This document shows positions 13,150 to 21,672 of a stretch of 25,778 nt of DNA, in pieces (positions within the stretch are counted from its first letter, which is position 1; each line of letters begins with the position of its first letter). The translations under genes were made by a program, and so were the position numbers. This stretch comes from an uncultured virus (IMG/VR IMGVR_UViG_3300047564_005685) (taxonomy: Duplodnaviria; Heunggongvirae; Uroviricota; Caudoviricetes). The notes under the pieces were generated by a model. The model was not told the DNA's origin. It did not search any database and worked only from the letters and a program-made list of their open reading frames with translations. Location of the stretch: the IMG/VR virus record IMGVR_UViG_3300047564_005685. The stretch is one strand, 5' to 3'.

Positions 13150-13840
13150 CGATCCCAAAGAAATGTGCGTGCAGAGGGGAACCCATCGACGCTATAAAAC
13201 GGTGCTATGATATGAAGGTAAGCGCCTAAGTCACAGGGATTAGTGCATCAAGGCGCATGAGATTTGCCCCCGAAAGCGTCGCGAGTGCGCGCGTCTTGAG
13301 AGAGCAAATGCAAGCGATAGGCGCGCGAGAAAGTAACAGCAGATTGCGTTAGAAGCAACGGAGTAGCGAACGCATCATCTGCAGCGTTAGTAACACCCAA
13401 GCCTGAGGCGTGTGATAACGAATGCGCGCGAGATAGCAGTTGCTGCAGCGGATCTCAAGCGATCGCGTACGCTCTTGCTGCTGCAATACACTGTGCTACT
13501 GAAGACGCGCGCGCTACAGAGTCGCGTGCTATCTCTCGTTGCTATCACTCGCTACACTCGCTCGCTTCCGATGCGCGGCGCTGGCGCGGGGCGCGGGCAC
13601 AGCGCGCAGCACGCAGTTCTTTTTTTTGTTGCCACGCCTCATCGACTTGTGGGGGGTGTTTGATGTCTACCGCGCGGCGCAACGAAAAATCACCCAGCCC
13701 CAGGGGAACCGGCTCCATGAATTGCCTCGTTTCCTAGGGAGAAACAAACTTGTCTAAAACGGCCTGATTTAAGGGGCTATTTAGGAGGCTTCGGGATAGT
13801 TTTCGTTAGACTTGGTGGACGCAATGAAAGGCTGGTAGTT
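13150..13840. other. large non-coding divergence region with inverted repeats (possible ncRNA, origin or genome-end region)
   Basis: No credible ORF; several inverted repeats; T run at 13617-13627. Confidence 0.6.
13203..13211 (+). promoter_or_regulatory. putative extended -10 sigma70-type promoter (TGcTATGAT)
   Basis: TG-n-TATGAT in an AT-rich patch at the left edge of the non-coding region. Confidence 0.45.
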
Positions 13841-13844
13841 CGGG

Positions 13845-16800
13845 ATGGCGGGATTCCCTAGGGCTAAGTCCAGATCGTACGAGCAATATCAGGCCTGGCG
13901 ACGCGCCAGAGAAGAAGAAAACCGTCAGAATACGCGCTCTAATAGTGGCGATTCGGGGATTTTTGGCGTACCTGGCGTTATGCGAGCAATGCCGGATCCT
14001 CGTGATCCGAGATATACCGCTGGAGAGGTCTACCAACCGGTCAATATCCCCGGACTGCCACCTGCGGTGACTCCGTTCAAGGCCGATCCAGCCAGGCAAG
14101 GCGGTGTGCAGTGGGTTGGAACCCCAATGGGTCCTGCTCGTGCCGTGCAAAACCTGTCTACCGTCGCTGCCGACGAGGAGGCGGGCAGGGCTCAGCGCTG
14201 GTATGAGGCCAAAATGGCCGGAATCGAGCCGGTTTCGCGCGGCGATGCCGACTTAGTCCGCGTGCGCGACAGCCAGATTCTCACCGATCGGCTCGAAGAG
14301 GCCGGCCGGTGGGTGCCAACCAGTGATGCCGACGCCCAAAGGCTCGAGCAAATGGCGGCCAGAGTTCAAAACGTTGCGACTGGTTCTAATGACGCGCCGC
14401 GTAGAGCTGATGCGCCTCTGAGGAGGCGTCTTGGGCAGATCCGTGCAGAAGAAATCGATCAGGTCATTGCCGCGCTTGAGGCCCAAGGGGTCACTGACGC
14501 GCGCGAAGACCCCCGATTCCGCGAAATGGAAGAGGCGGCGCTCTTCGTGCGAGGCGTCCCGAGGCGGGAAACCTACGCGGGTGACCCCTCGCAGATTGAA
14601 GGGCAGGCCTCAGGCGGGGGCTCATGGGGTGGAATCAGCCCGTATGGTCCAGTAGAGCTGCTGACATCAGACGCGCGTGGCCGCATTAGCCGTGTCAATG
14701 TCTATCCGGGTGAGTCAACAGGCCAGGTACGGACAATCGACCCTGATGCCACCGCAATTTGGGATAAAGAGGAAGATCCGACGCTTGGAAAACTGGCTCA
14801 GGAGGCTCGCGGTGACGCGCGGACGGGAGTCATCACGGCATTGGCGCTTCAGGAGCTGGCACGTAGTAGGCGATTCCGTGAAGCAACGCCATCCGAGCTG
14901 CAAGTCCTGGCGCCTGCACGTGGAAAAGCGCAAAACACCCTCAAGGGCTTCATGGTGCAGGCTGGATCGCGGCCTTATGGAGCCAATCAGCTGCTGGAGG
15001 ACCTCGAAAAAGGGAAAATCACGCTAAGCATCGGAAACGGCGGAAGCCTGACGCAACTTGACCCAGAGCGCGCCAATGCATTACTAAGTGACGTTGTCAA
15101 TACTGCCTTGGATCCCAATAATCCGCGCATTACAATCGGGCAAGGGGGGCGCTTCGGGCGTGATTCATCTCTTCCCGAGCTATATGTGCAGCGCGGCGGG
15201 GACATTAGGCGTCTGGCGATGGGCATGAGCCCCGATGGCGCACCCTCATTGCTGGTACGGGAGTGGGCGCCGGTCTATGACCCAGGTGTAGAGACGCAGG
15301 TGGAGGTCGCCAAGCGAAATAGCCTGGGGCAACCCATCGTTGTGCCCCAAAATACTGCGTTGTACCGTGTCGGACGCGCGACTAACCAAGACAACGCTGC
15401 TGTCAAGCAGGGCCTCGCTGAGATCCTTCCCGGCGCTGGAACGGCGACACAACTCAGCCCGCTCATGGGAGTTCGACCACTGGTGCAGCGGCAGCAACGA
15501 GGCGAATTCGATGTTCTGATGCGTGATGCCGAGGGAGTTCGGGTCCTCGCGCCGCAGGAGGTGGAGGCGCAGCTTAGTGCCTTGGTTGGCCGAGCGATGA
15601 GTCCAGATGATCCGATGGTTGCGGTAGACCAGGCTACGGGAATGATCCTGCCTGGACAGGGCGCAACGAGAAGCAATCCGGCTCCGCAGGTCTTTGTTAG
15701 ACGGCCGGATGGAAGAACGGATCGGATCGTACTGTCGGTCCGACCCGGACCGAATCCCGAGCCCCTCGTCAGACTGCCTGGCCAGCAAGTCGAGGTTGGG
15801 CCGACATTCCTGAATTCGGACATCAATGTCCGCATGACTGGTGCAAAACGCGATCCAGACCAGGATCTGTATCCGGTCATGAACGAGCTAACTGGAGCCG
15901 CATTTGCGGAAGGGGCGCCGGTCGCCTCAACGCAGCGCGTCACCCGGGAGCTCATGGCGGGCCTGGTTCGGGACAAAGGGTACACGCCGGTCGAAGCGGC
16001 TAATACGGTCTTGGGGATTGTTGCCCAGCAGAGCGAAAGCCCGACCGTTCGCATGGATTACCGCAATGCAGTAAAAAGCGCCCTGATTGAATTGACTGGC
16101 GGGGAGTCGCGCCTGGGGCCCGAGGTTGCGGTCGAGCCGGCGTCCTATACGGGTCTGGCAGCGGTGCTGGATTTCGCGCGCGGATTGAATCAGCGCGAGC
16201 GCTCAGGGCGCGTCGTGCCGCTTGGCGATGTCCGCGAGCGCATTCGGCCTCGAGTGCGCCTAGCTGAAGAGTCTGGCGAAGCGAACTACGACCCGGCAGA
16301 CGAGATGCGTGATCCGATCCAGCGCGCTCTGCAGGACGAAATGGCTGCCAGGGATTTCGGAGGGTACAGCCGTGGCGGCTCAACGGCAGAAGATGATCTC
16401 AATGATCTGGACTCCGACGCATACGTCAACGCGTATTCACGGCTGCGAGAGGAGAGTGGGCTAACCGGGGAATCGCCGAGGGGGGTGAATGAAGTGGATT
16501 ACGGCCCAAGCCTGACGGAGATCGTCGCGGCGGGGGCCTATGAGCCGCTTTCGTCAAGTTCTCTTGCCGGCAGACGTAGCATGAGTGAATCCGGCCCTAT
16601 TGATAGAGCGCTGCGTAAGCAGGCAGAGCTGCTAGCTGAAGCGGCGATTCGCGCCGGTGGTGCGACGGCCCGCCCGACCGTAACCCAACAGGTGATCAAC
16701 ACGCCGGAAGGCCCCCGCATTGTCCGCGCGCGTGGAGAGGAGCAGCTGCCTGGGCGCACGCCCGCGCAGATGCGCGAGGCTGCAGCTCGAATGGCCAATC

Positions 16801-16859
16801 CTCCGATCAGGGAAGGCCTGACGTGGGATCGCGTTAACTACGGCAGTGGCTGGTACTGA
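13845..16859 (+). CDS. large hypothetical protein, 1004 aa (possible internal virion protein)
   Basis: Long ORF; R/G/A/P-rich, no Cys seen; no recognisable catalytic motif; heads the late arm. Confidence 0.85.
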   Translation: MAGFPRAKSRSYEQYQAWRRAREEENRQNTRSNSGDSGIFGVPGVMRAMPDPRDPRYTAGEVYQPVNIPGLPPAVTPFKADPARQGGVQWVGTPMGPARAVQNLSTVAADEEAGRAQRWYEAKMAGIEPVSRGDADLVRVRDSQILTDRLEEAGRWVPTSDADAQRLEQMAARVQNVATGSNDAPRRADAPLRRRLGQIRAEEIDQVIAALEAQGVTDAREDPRFREMEEAALFVRGVPRRETYAGDPSQIEGQASGGGSWGGISPYGPVELLTSDARGRISRVNVYPGESTGQVRTIDPDATAIWDKEEDPTLGKLAQEARGDARTGVITALALQELARSRRFREATPSELQVLAPARGKAQNTLKGFMVQAGSRPYGANQLLEDLEKGKITLSIGNGGSLTQLDPERANALLSDVVNTALDPNNPRITIGQGGRFGRDSSLPELYVQRGGDIRRLAMGMSPDGAPSLLVREWAPVYDPGVETQVEVAKRNSLGQPIVVPQNTALYRVGRATNQDNAAVKQGLAEILPGAGTATQLSPLMGVRPLVQRQQRGEFDVLMRDAEGVRVLAPQEVEAQLSALVGRAMSPDDPMVAVDQATGMILPGQGATRSNPAPQVFVRRPDGRTDRIVLSVRPGPNPEPLVRLPGQQVEVGPTFLNSDINVRMTGAKRDPDQDLYPVMNELTGAAFAEGAPVASTQRVTRELMAGLVRDKGYTPVEAANTVLGIVAQQSESPTVRMDYRNAVKSALIELTGGESRLGPEVAVEPASYTGLAAVLDFARGLNQRERSGRVVPLGDVRERIRPRVRLAEESGEANYDPADEMRDPIQRALQDEMAARDFGGYSRGGSTAEDDLNDLDSDAYVNAYSRLREESGLTGESPRGVNEVDYGPSLTEIVAAGAYEPLSSSSLAGRRSMSESGPIDRALRKQAELLAEAAIRAGGATARPTVTQQVINTPEGPRIVRARGEEQLPGRTPAQMREAAARMANPPIREGLTWDRVNYGSGWY

Positions 16860-16930
16860 GAAGGCTAACTTCTACCGGAATATCATCAGCAAGTAGCTCC
16901 GTTAGACTGGACGGAGCACGCTGACCGGGA

Positions 16931-17230
16931 TTGGCCAACAGTCTGCCGAAAGATCCAATAGCGATGTCGCGGTCGCTGGCGTATGCGGTCCAGAAAAAGG
17001 CCGACGAACAGGAGACTGTTACTGATTTTGCGTATCAGCAGGGCTCTCCTTCTAAGTTCGAGGGAGAGCAGTTTAGCGCTCGGGAATTTGGTGACTCATT
17101 AGATCCCGTCAAACAGAAAGGCAGGAGCGAGGCCTTAAAGCGCGCCAAGACGTGGAGAACACTTGCTGACAACTTCCGACCCGTCGGCAGCGCTGAATCT
17201 GACACCATGAGCACAGAGGAGTTTGCGTGA
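16931..17230 (+). CDS. hypothetical protein, 99 aa
   Basis: TTG start (ATG 16964 alternative); stop overlaps the next start. Confidence 0.7.
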   Translation: MANSLPKDPIAMSRSLAYAVQKKADEQETVTDFAYQQGSPSKFEGEQFSAREFGDSLDPVKQKGRSEALKRAKTWRTLADNFRPVGSAESDTMSTEEFA

Positions 17231-17751
17231 TGTTTGCCGCGATGCGCCCAGCAGTTAAAGCTGTGCTCGGCCAGATGTTCAGCAAACCCCAAAACGCGGG
17301 AGACTATCTCCAGCTGGCTGGACGGTTTGGGCCGGAACTGATCTTTCCACTGATCAACGCGGGAATGCTGCCCGAGGGGTCCTCGATGGGCGAGCGTGCC
17401 GGTGCGGGTCTTGAGGCATTGGCGTTCAACCTTGGTGGATCCCTGGGTGGCGAGCTTCTTGGAGGGCTCGGCGGGAGGCGACTGGCACGATCGCGCGGCT
17501 GGTCGATGGGCGGTCAGCGCGCACAGCAGGCTGTCAACACTGGGCTAGGCCTCGGGGGCACTGTAGGCGGCCTGGCTGCGAACTTTGTGCCGATGCCAAT
17601 CACTAATAGCGCATACGAAAACGCCTACCGTCGGGAGCAGGAGCGACAACAGGCTCAGCAGAACCTGGAAACGGCCAACCTGTACACAGGTCTCGGAGGC
17701 CTGGGTGCCCTCGCTGCGCAGCCCTTGTTTGACCCGCGCCTGCTGATGTGA
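17230..17751 (+). CDS. glycine-zipper putative virion/ejection protein
   Basis: GGSLGGELLGGLGG and GLGLGGTVGGLAA segments plus a Q/E-rich helix. Confidence 0.8.
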   Translation: MFAAMRPAVKAVLGQMFSKPQNAGDYLQLAGRFGPELIFPLINAGMLPEGSSMGERAGAGLEALAFNLGGSLGGELLGGLGGRRLARSRGWSMGGQRAQQAVNTGLGLGGTVGGLAANFVPMPITNSAYENAYRREQERQQAQQNLETANLYTGLGGLGALAAQPLFDPRLLM

Positions 17752-19022
17752 GCATGAACGATCTCAATCTCGAGCAGTGGTGGGAGATCTTTTCGCGCAC
17801 CGGCCGTGCTAATCCGCGCGCCTACGCGAACGACGTGCAACGTCGGATGGGAGAGGATTACGAGAATGACATTGTCTATGACATCATCAATAGCTCTCCT
17901 GGTCTGCAATATGCACGACAGAGGCTACCAAACAACCTAGGTGAAACTGGTGCCGGCCAATGGCTGCAACAGCAGCTACCGGATAAATACCAAAACCTCG
18001 TCAATCAAGTCCCCCTCGGGGGCATGACGCAGGCTGAGCGCAAGGCCTACTCTGACGCGCGGGCGGCGAGCCCCGAGTTGCGCGCTAATACGATCGAGGT
18101 TGGCCGCGTCCCACTGGGAGATGCCGAAAGGCCGGTTGGCGACAGTGTTCGTGCTGCTTCCGCGCAAGCAGCGGGCGCCATCGCTGGTGATATCGCCACC
18201 GATGGTGTTCGCAATATCTGGTGGTTCCTGAATGCGCCACAGGCGATAACACAAATTGCAATGCTCAGCGCATTGCACAAGGCTGGTGCTGACTATAAGG
18301 ACGACCCGGGTGTTCCGCTCATCAAGAACAGGAACCTCCGAATGGCGGCAACTCTCCCCGCTGTTCTCGGAATGTCGATGGCGATCGGTAACGCCTGGAG
18401 GCAACCTGGGTATAAGGCCGTGGTTCCGGGTGAAGTAGATCCAACACAGACTGCTGATCCGCTCGCAGAATTCGGCAGTCGATACATCCTGGGTCGATCG
18501 GGTAGTCTGCTTCCTTATGACGAATTCGTCAAGGAGAGGCCGGATGTCTCCAAGCGGGAATACGACCAATACAAAGAGTATCTGTTCGGTAACGCGTTAC
18601 CACTGAAAGCCACGCTGGATGGTATTCAGGGCCCCGAAGTCACATTCATGGGCAAGAGCATCCCAATCCTGACCGGCGTGCTCCCGGCTGTGGCAGCGGT
18701 CGTGGGCGGTCGCTACGGAGTGCGCAAAGCAGCCGCGAACCTGGCTGGCGTGGAGATGGCGACCGGTCGGCGGATTGGGGAAAACAAACTGAGAAAGGCA
18801 GCTGATCTCCGCGAGCAGGTGCGGGCCGACAAGGCGGACTACGGCGAATACGACAAGCTGCAACGCTCCAATGAGATGAAAGTCCTTCGCAATGCGCTGC
18901 TCTATAGCGGCAGCTCGATGGCAGGAACAGCGCTTGCTGGACAGACGTTAGAATCACTTCGGCGCGCCCTCAAGGGAAATGCGCCAGTAGAGCAGGAGCA
19001 GCAGCCAGTCCTGGTGCCGTAA
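17748..19022 (+). CDS. hypothetical protein, ~424 aa (putative internal virion protein)
   Basis: Long ORF with GTGA overlap; several moderately hydrophobic helices. Confidence 0.85.
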   Translation: MSMNDLNLEQWWEIFSRTGRANPRAYANDVQRRMGEDYENDIVYDIINSSPGLQYARQRLPNNLGETGAGQWLQQQLPDKYQNLVNQVPLGGMTQAERKAYSDARAASPELRANTIEVGRVPLGDAERPVGDSVRAASAQAAGAIAGDIATDGVRNIWWFLNAPQAITQIAMLSALHKAGADYKDDPGVPLIKNRNLRMAATLPAVLGMSMAIGNAWRQPGYKAVVPGEVDPTQTADPLAEFGSRYILGRSGSLLPYDEFVKERPDVSKREYDQYKEYLFGNALPLKATLDGIQGPEVTFMGKSIPILTGVLPAVAAVVGGRYGVRKAAANLAGVEMATGRRIGENKLRKAADLREQVRADKADYGEYDKLQRSNEMKVLRNALLYSGSSMAGTALAGQTLESLRRALKGNAPVEQEQQPVLVP

Positions 19023-19044
19023 CCGACTTCGATGGGGTAACTGA

Positions 19045-19401
19045 ATGCCAGCTCGTTTCGCCGGATATATGTTCAAGCCGGAAGTTGGCCGCTCGTTGCA
19101 GGAATCTGGCGACGATAATACGCGAGCGATTTGGGAAATGGCGCGAAATACTGTTGGTAATATGGGTATGACGGACATCGCCGAGCTGAAGGGCAAGATG
19201 GACGCATCCAGGCGTGGTAGCGGCACCAGCGGTGGCTCGGGATTCAATTGGGCCGGAGCAGCGCAAGGCCTGATCGGCGGCCTGGGCGGACTGTTTGGCG
19301 GCGGTCGCTCCAGTAGCAACGCAAACCCTGGCTTTGGAATGCAGGGTAGTCTGTATGACTACAAGCCCTCTGGAATCGATTTCTCTTCTGGCTGGCGCTG
19401 A
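19045..19401 (+). CDS. Gly-rich hypothetical protein, 118 aa
   Basis: ORF tiling; GLIGGLGGLFGGG segment. Confidence 0.75.
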   Translation: MPARFAGYMFKPEVGRSLQESGDDNTRAIWEMARNTVGNMGMTDIAELKGKMDASRRGSGTSGGSGFNWAGAAQGLIGGLGGLFGGGRSSSNANPGFGMQGSLYDYKPSGIDFSSGWR

Positions 19402-19403
19402 TC

Positions 19404-19799
19404 ATGGCATTCAACTACGGCAAGTTCAGCGGCGGCTTTGGGGGCAACGACGACGACTACATGGACGCGTTCAGTAATAATGCGCAGTCCTTTGATGGCG
19501 TCTTTGGAGGCAACGAAACCACAAATGCCCTTGAGGCCAGCCGCAAGCGCAGCCAGGAAGGCATGACGCAACTGGCCGGGAGCGCAATCCAGCAGGCGGG
19601 GCAACGCGCGCAAGCATTGGCCTACGCAGAGGGCTGGAAGCAGCAAGCTGATGCCGAGCGCCGGGCGCAGAAGAGGCGACAGGGCGGCGGCTTCCTGGGT
19701 GGACTATTCGGTGCAGCTGGAACCGCCGCAAGCTTTATTCCCGGTGTCGGGCCACTGATTGGCGCTGGCTTGAAAGCTGTTGGCAGTGGATTCGGTTGA
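19404..19799 (+). CDS. putative DNA ejection/pilot-like protein, 131 aa
   Basis: Q/A-rich helix followed by a C-terminal hydrophobic hairpin FLGGLFGAAGTAASFIPGVGPLIGAGL. Confidence 0.75.
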   Translation: MAFNYGKFSGGFGGNDDDYMDAFSNNAQSFDGVFGGNETTNALEASRKRSQEGMTQLAGSAIQQAGQRAQALAYAEGWKQQADAERRAQKRRQGGGFLGGLFGAAGTAASFIPGVGPLIGAGLKAVGSGFG

Positions 19800-19828
19800 T
19801 TAGAATCGACAGATAGAGAAGTTGTCTA

Positions 19829-20416
19829 ATGGCCGGACCATTTGCTGGAGCCGCACTATTGGCAGCCCTTGGTGGTGCGCGGGGAATCGGCCTGAGCGCT
19901 CTCGGCGCTGCTCTACCTTCCGCGCTGGGCGCGATCTTCGATAACAACGAAAGCTTCGCGGGAAAAACAGGTGAGGTCCTCGGTAGCGGCCTTGGTGCCG
20001 TCCCCGGCGCTCTCGGCGGCGCGGCTCTGGGCGGTCTTGCCGGTGGGCGCCAGTACGGGCGCTACCTGCGTGGCCCGGGCGCCATCGTCGGCGGCCTGGC
20101 CGGCGCTGGGCTGGGATCAAGCGCGCTGGGCGCAGGCGCGCGACAGATCGCAGGCGAGAACGAAGACCCGCTGATGAAAGCGGCCAGGCAACAGATGCAG
20201 ATCGAGCGCGAAAGGTTGCCGCTTCTGGCTCAGCAGACCTCGCTGGCATCGCAGCTCGAGGTGGATCGCGCGAAGCAGATGATGGAGCTCGAGCGGCAGC
20301 GGAACCAGCAGGCTGCTGCGATGCAGATGGCTTACCAGGGGCAGCAGAACTCCGCAGCCCTGCAGCAGCAGTTGATCGCGTCGATTCTTGGAGGTGGCGG
20401 CGTTGTTCAACTCTGA
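19829..20416 (+). CDS. glycine-zipper + Gln-rich coiled-coil protein, 195 aa (pilot/ejection-like)
   Basis: Three GxxxG-rich hydrophobic segments, then a Q/M/E/R-rich helix. Confidence 0.8.
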   Translation: MAGPFAGAALLAALGGARGIGLSALGAALPSALGAIFDNNESFAGKTGEVLGSGLGAVPGALGGAALGGLAGGRQYGRYLRGPGAIVGGLAGAGLGSSALGAGARQIAGENEDPLMKAARQQMQIERERLPLLAQQTSLASQLEVDRAKQMMELERQRNQQAAAMQMAYQGQQNSAALQQQLIASILGGGGVVQL

Positions 20417-20867
20417 CGCTGCAGTAGCGGCTCTGCTGTCGCGAAACAATATCCGGGACTGGGCGGAACTGAACCCTCAGCAGACCGGTGTCCTGCTTCA
20501 GCAGACAGAGAGGGATAAGCAAGCTGCCAATCTTGCGCTCGCCGGTGAAGCCCTGCAGCAGGTGGGCGCCACGGATCGCGCCCAGCGTGAGATTGACTAC
20601 TACAAGTGGGCGAACAAGGAGTCGCAGAAGGGGGAACGCCGCCGAAGCAGCCTGGCACTGCTGGGGTCACTGCAGGGGGTGGGAACTGCCGGGCGCCGGC
20701 TGGGCATCTCGCCAGCGCAGATGGCCAGTGTCGACCCCAACGCGATGCTGCAGAACCTGAATAGCCTGGTGAGTGGACTGGGAACTCTTGGTAATCCTTC
20801 CCCGGACTACGCACGGTATCTGAGTCAGGCGTATCAGTATGTGCCTGGAATGGCCCGCAGCTCGTGA
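20388..20867 (+). CDS. hypothetical protein, ~155 aa
   Basis: ORF tiling; GGAGG at 20390 suggests a TTG 20403 start. Confidence 0.75.
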   Translation: MEVAALFNSDAAVAALLSRNNIRDWAELNPQQTGVLLQQTERDKQAANLALAGEALQQVGATDRAQREIDYYKWANKESQKGERRRSSLALLGSLQGVGTAGRRLGISPAQMASVDPNAMLQNLNSLVSGLGTLGNPSPDYARYLSQAYQYVPGMARSS

Positions 20868-20931
20868 CGATGGGCTGCATCGAATGAATCGACTAGGATA
20901 GCCTGAGGGATTTAGCGTCATTCGGTCGGCT

Positions 20932-21603
20932 ATGAGCGCATCATTTGGCCCTCGTGAACAGGCGGTAGACTTGCTCAACGGAGTTCTGGGAAGGATCACA
21001 GAGGGCCTTAGCGGACGCCCGGCCCTGGGGACAGAGCGCAGGAAGCAATATGACCTGGCCCAAGGCAACCTGACCGCAAGCCTTAAGCGGGACAAGCCGC
21101 TGACTCCGCAAGAGCAGTTAGAGCGGAATCTGCAAGAGATTCGGCAGATAGGCCTTGCTAATAATCAACTCACCGCAGAAGCCACTGCAAATGCCATAAC
21201 CGCGGCCACTCGCGGACTGGAGAATAGGACAAACATACAGGACAGATCCTATGGTTACCGGCTGCCAATACTGACCGACTCCCAAAGCCGCCTTCAAGCG
21301 GAGAGGGCGGAGCAGGAACGCACGAACCTGGTCACGAATTACGGGACTTACGGCGATAAGGTCATGGGCCCCGCGTTCGAACTGCAGCGGGGGATGGAAG
21401 CCGGAAACAGAGAGCTGCGAGGCCAGATTGGTAATCGAATGCTCGACATTCAGGAGAATGCGATGAAGTCGGATATTGACTACAGGAATCAACTGCTGGC
21501 AATGGAGCAAAGCCAGAACAGTGGTCTTCGGGGCTTCCTGAACAATCTTGTCATGCCAATTGCTGGCCTCGGCCTGACGGCTGCCGCACTATTCCGAGGT
21601 TGA
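20932..21603 (+). CDS. helical protein with C-terminal TM anchor, 223 aa
   Basis: Q/E/R-rich helices; C-terminus LVMPIAGLGLTAAALFRG. Confidence 0.8.
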   Translation: MSASFGPREQAVDLLNGVLGRITEGLSGRPALGTERRKQYDLAQGNLTASLKRDKPLTPQEQLERNLQEIRQIGLANNQLTAEATANAITAATRGLENRTNIQDRSYGYRLPILTDSQSRLQAERAEQERTNLVTNYGTYGDKVMGPAFELQRGMEAGNRELRGQIGNRMLDIQENAMKSDIDYRNQLLAMEQSQNSGLRGFLNNLVMPIAGLGLTAAALFRG

Positions 21604-21672
21604 CGCAGTGCCAAGCCAGACATCACAGAAAGAACAAAGCCAGATCCATCACCCGAGCAACCGGCACCGAGC

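Noticed and set aside
13412..13757. Short ORFs in the central non-coding region
   Set aside because: Atypical codon and dinucleotide composition, non-ATG starts, and they cross inverted repeats and the T run.
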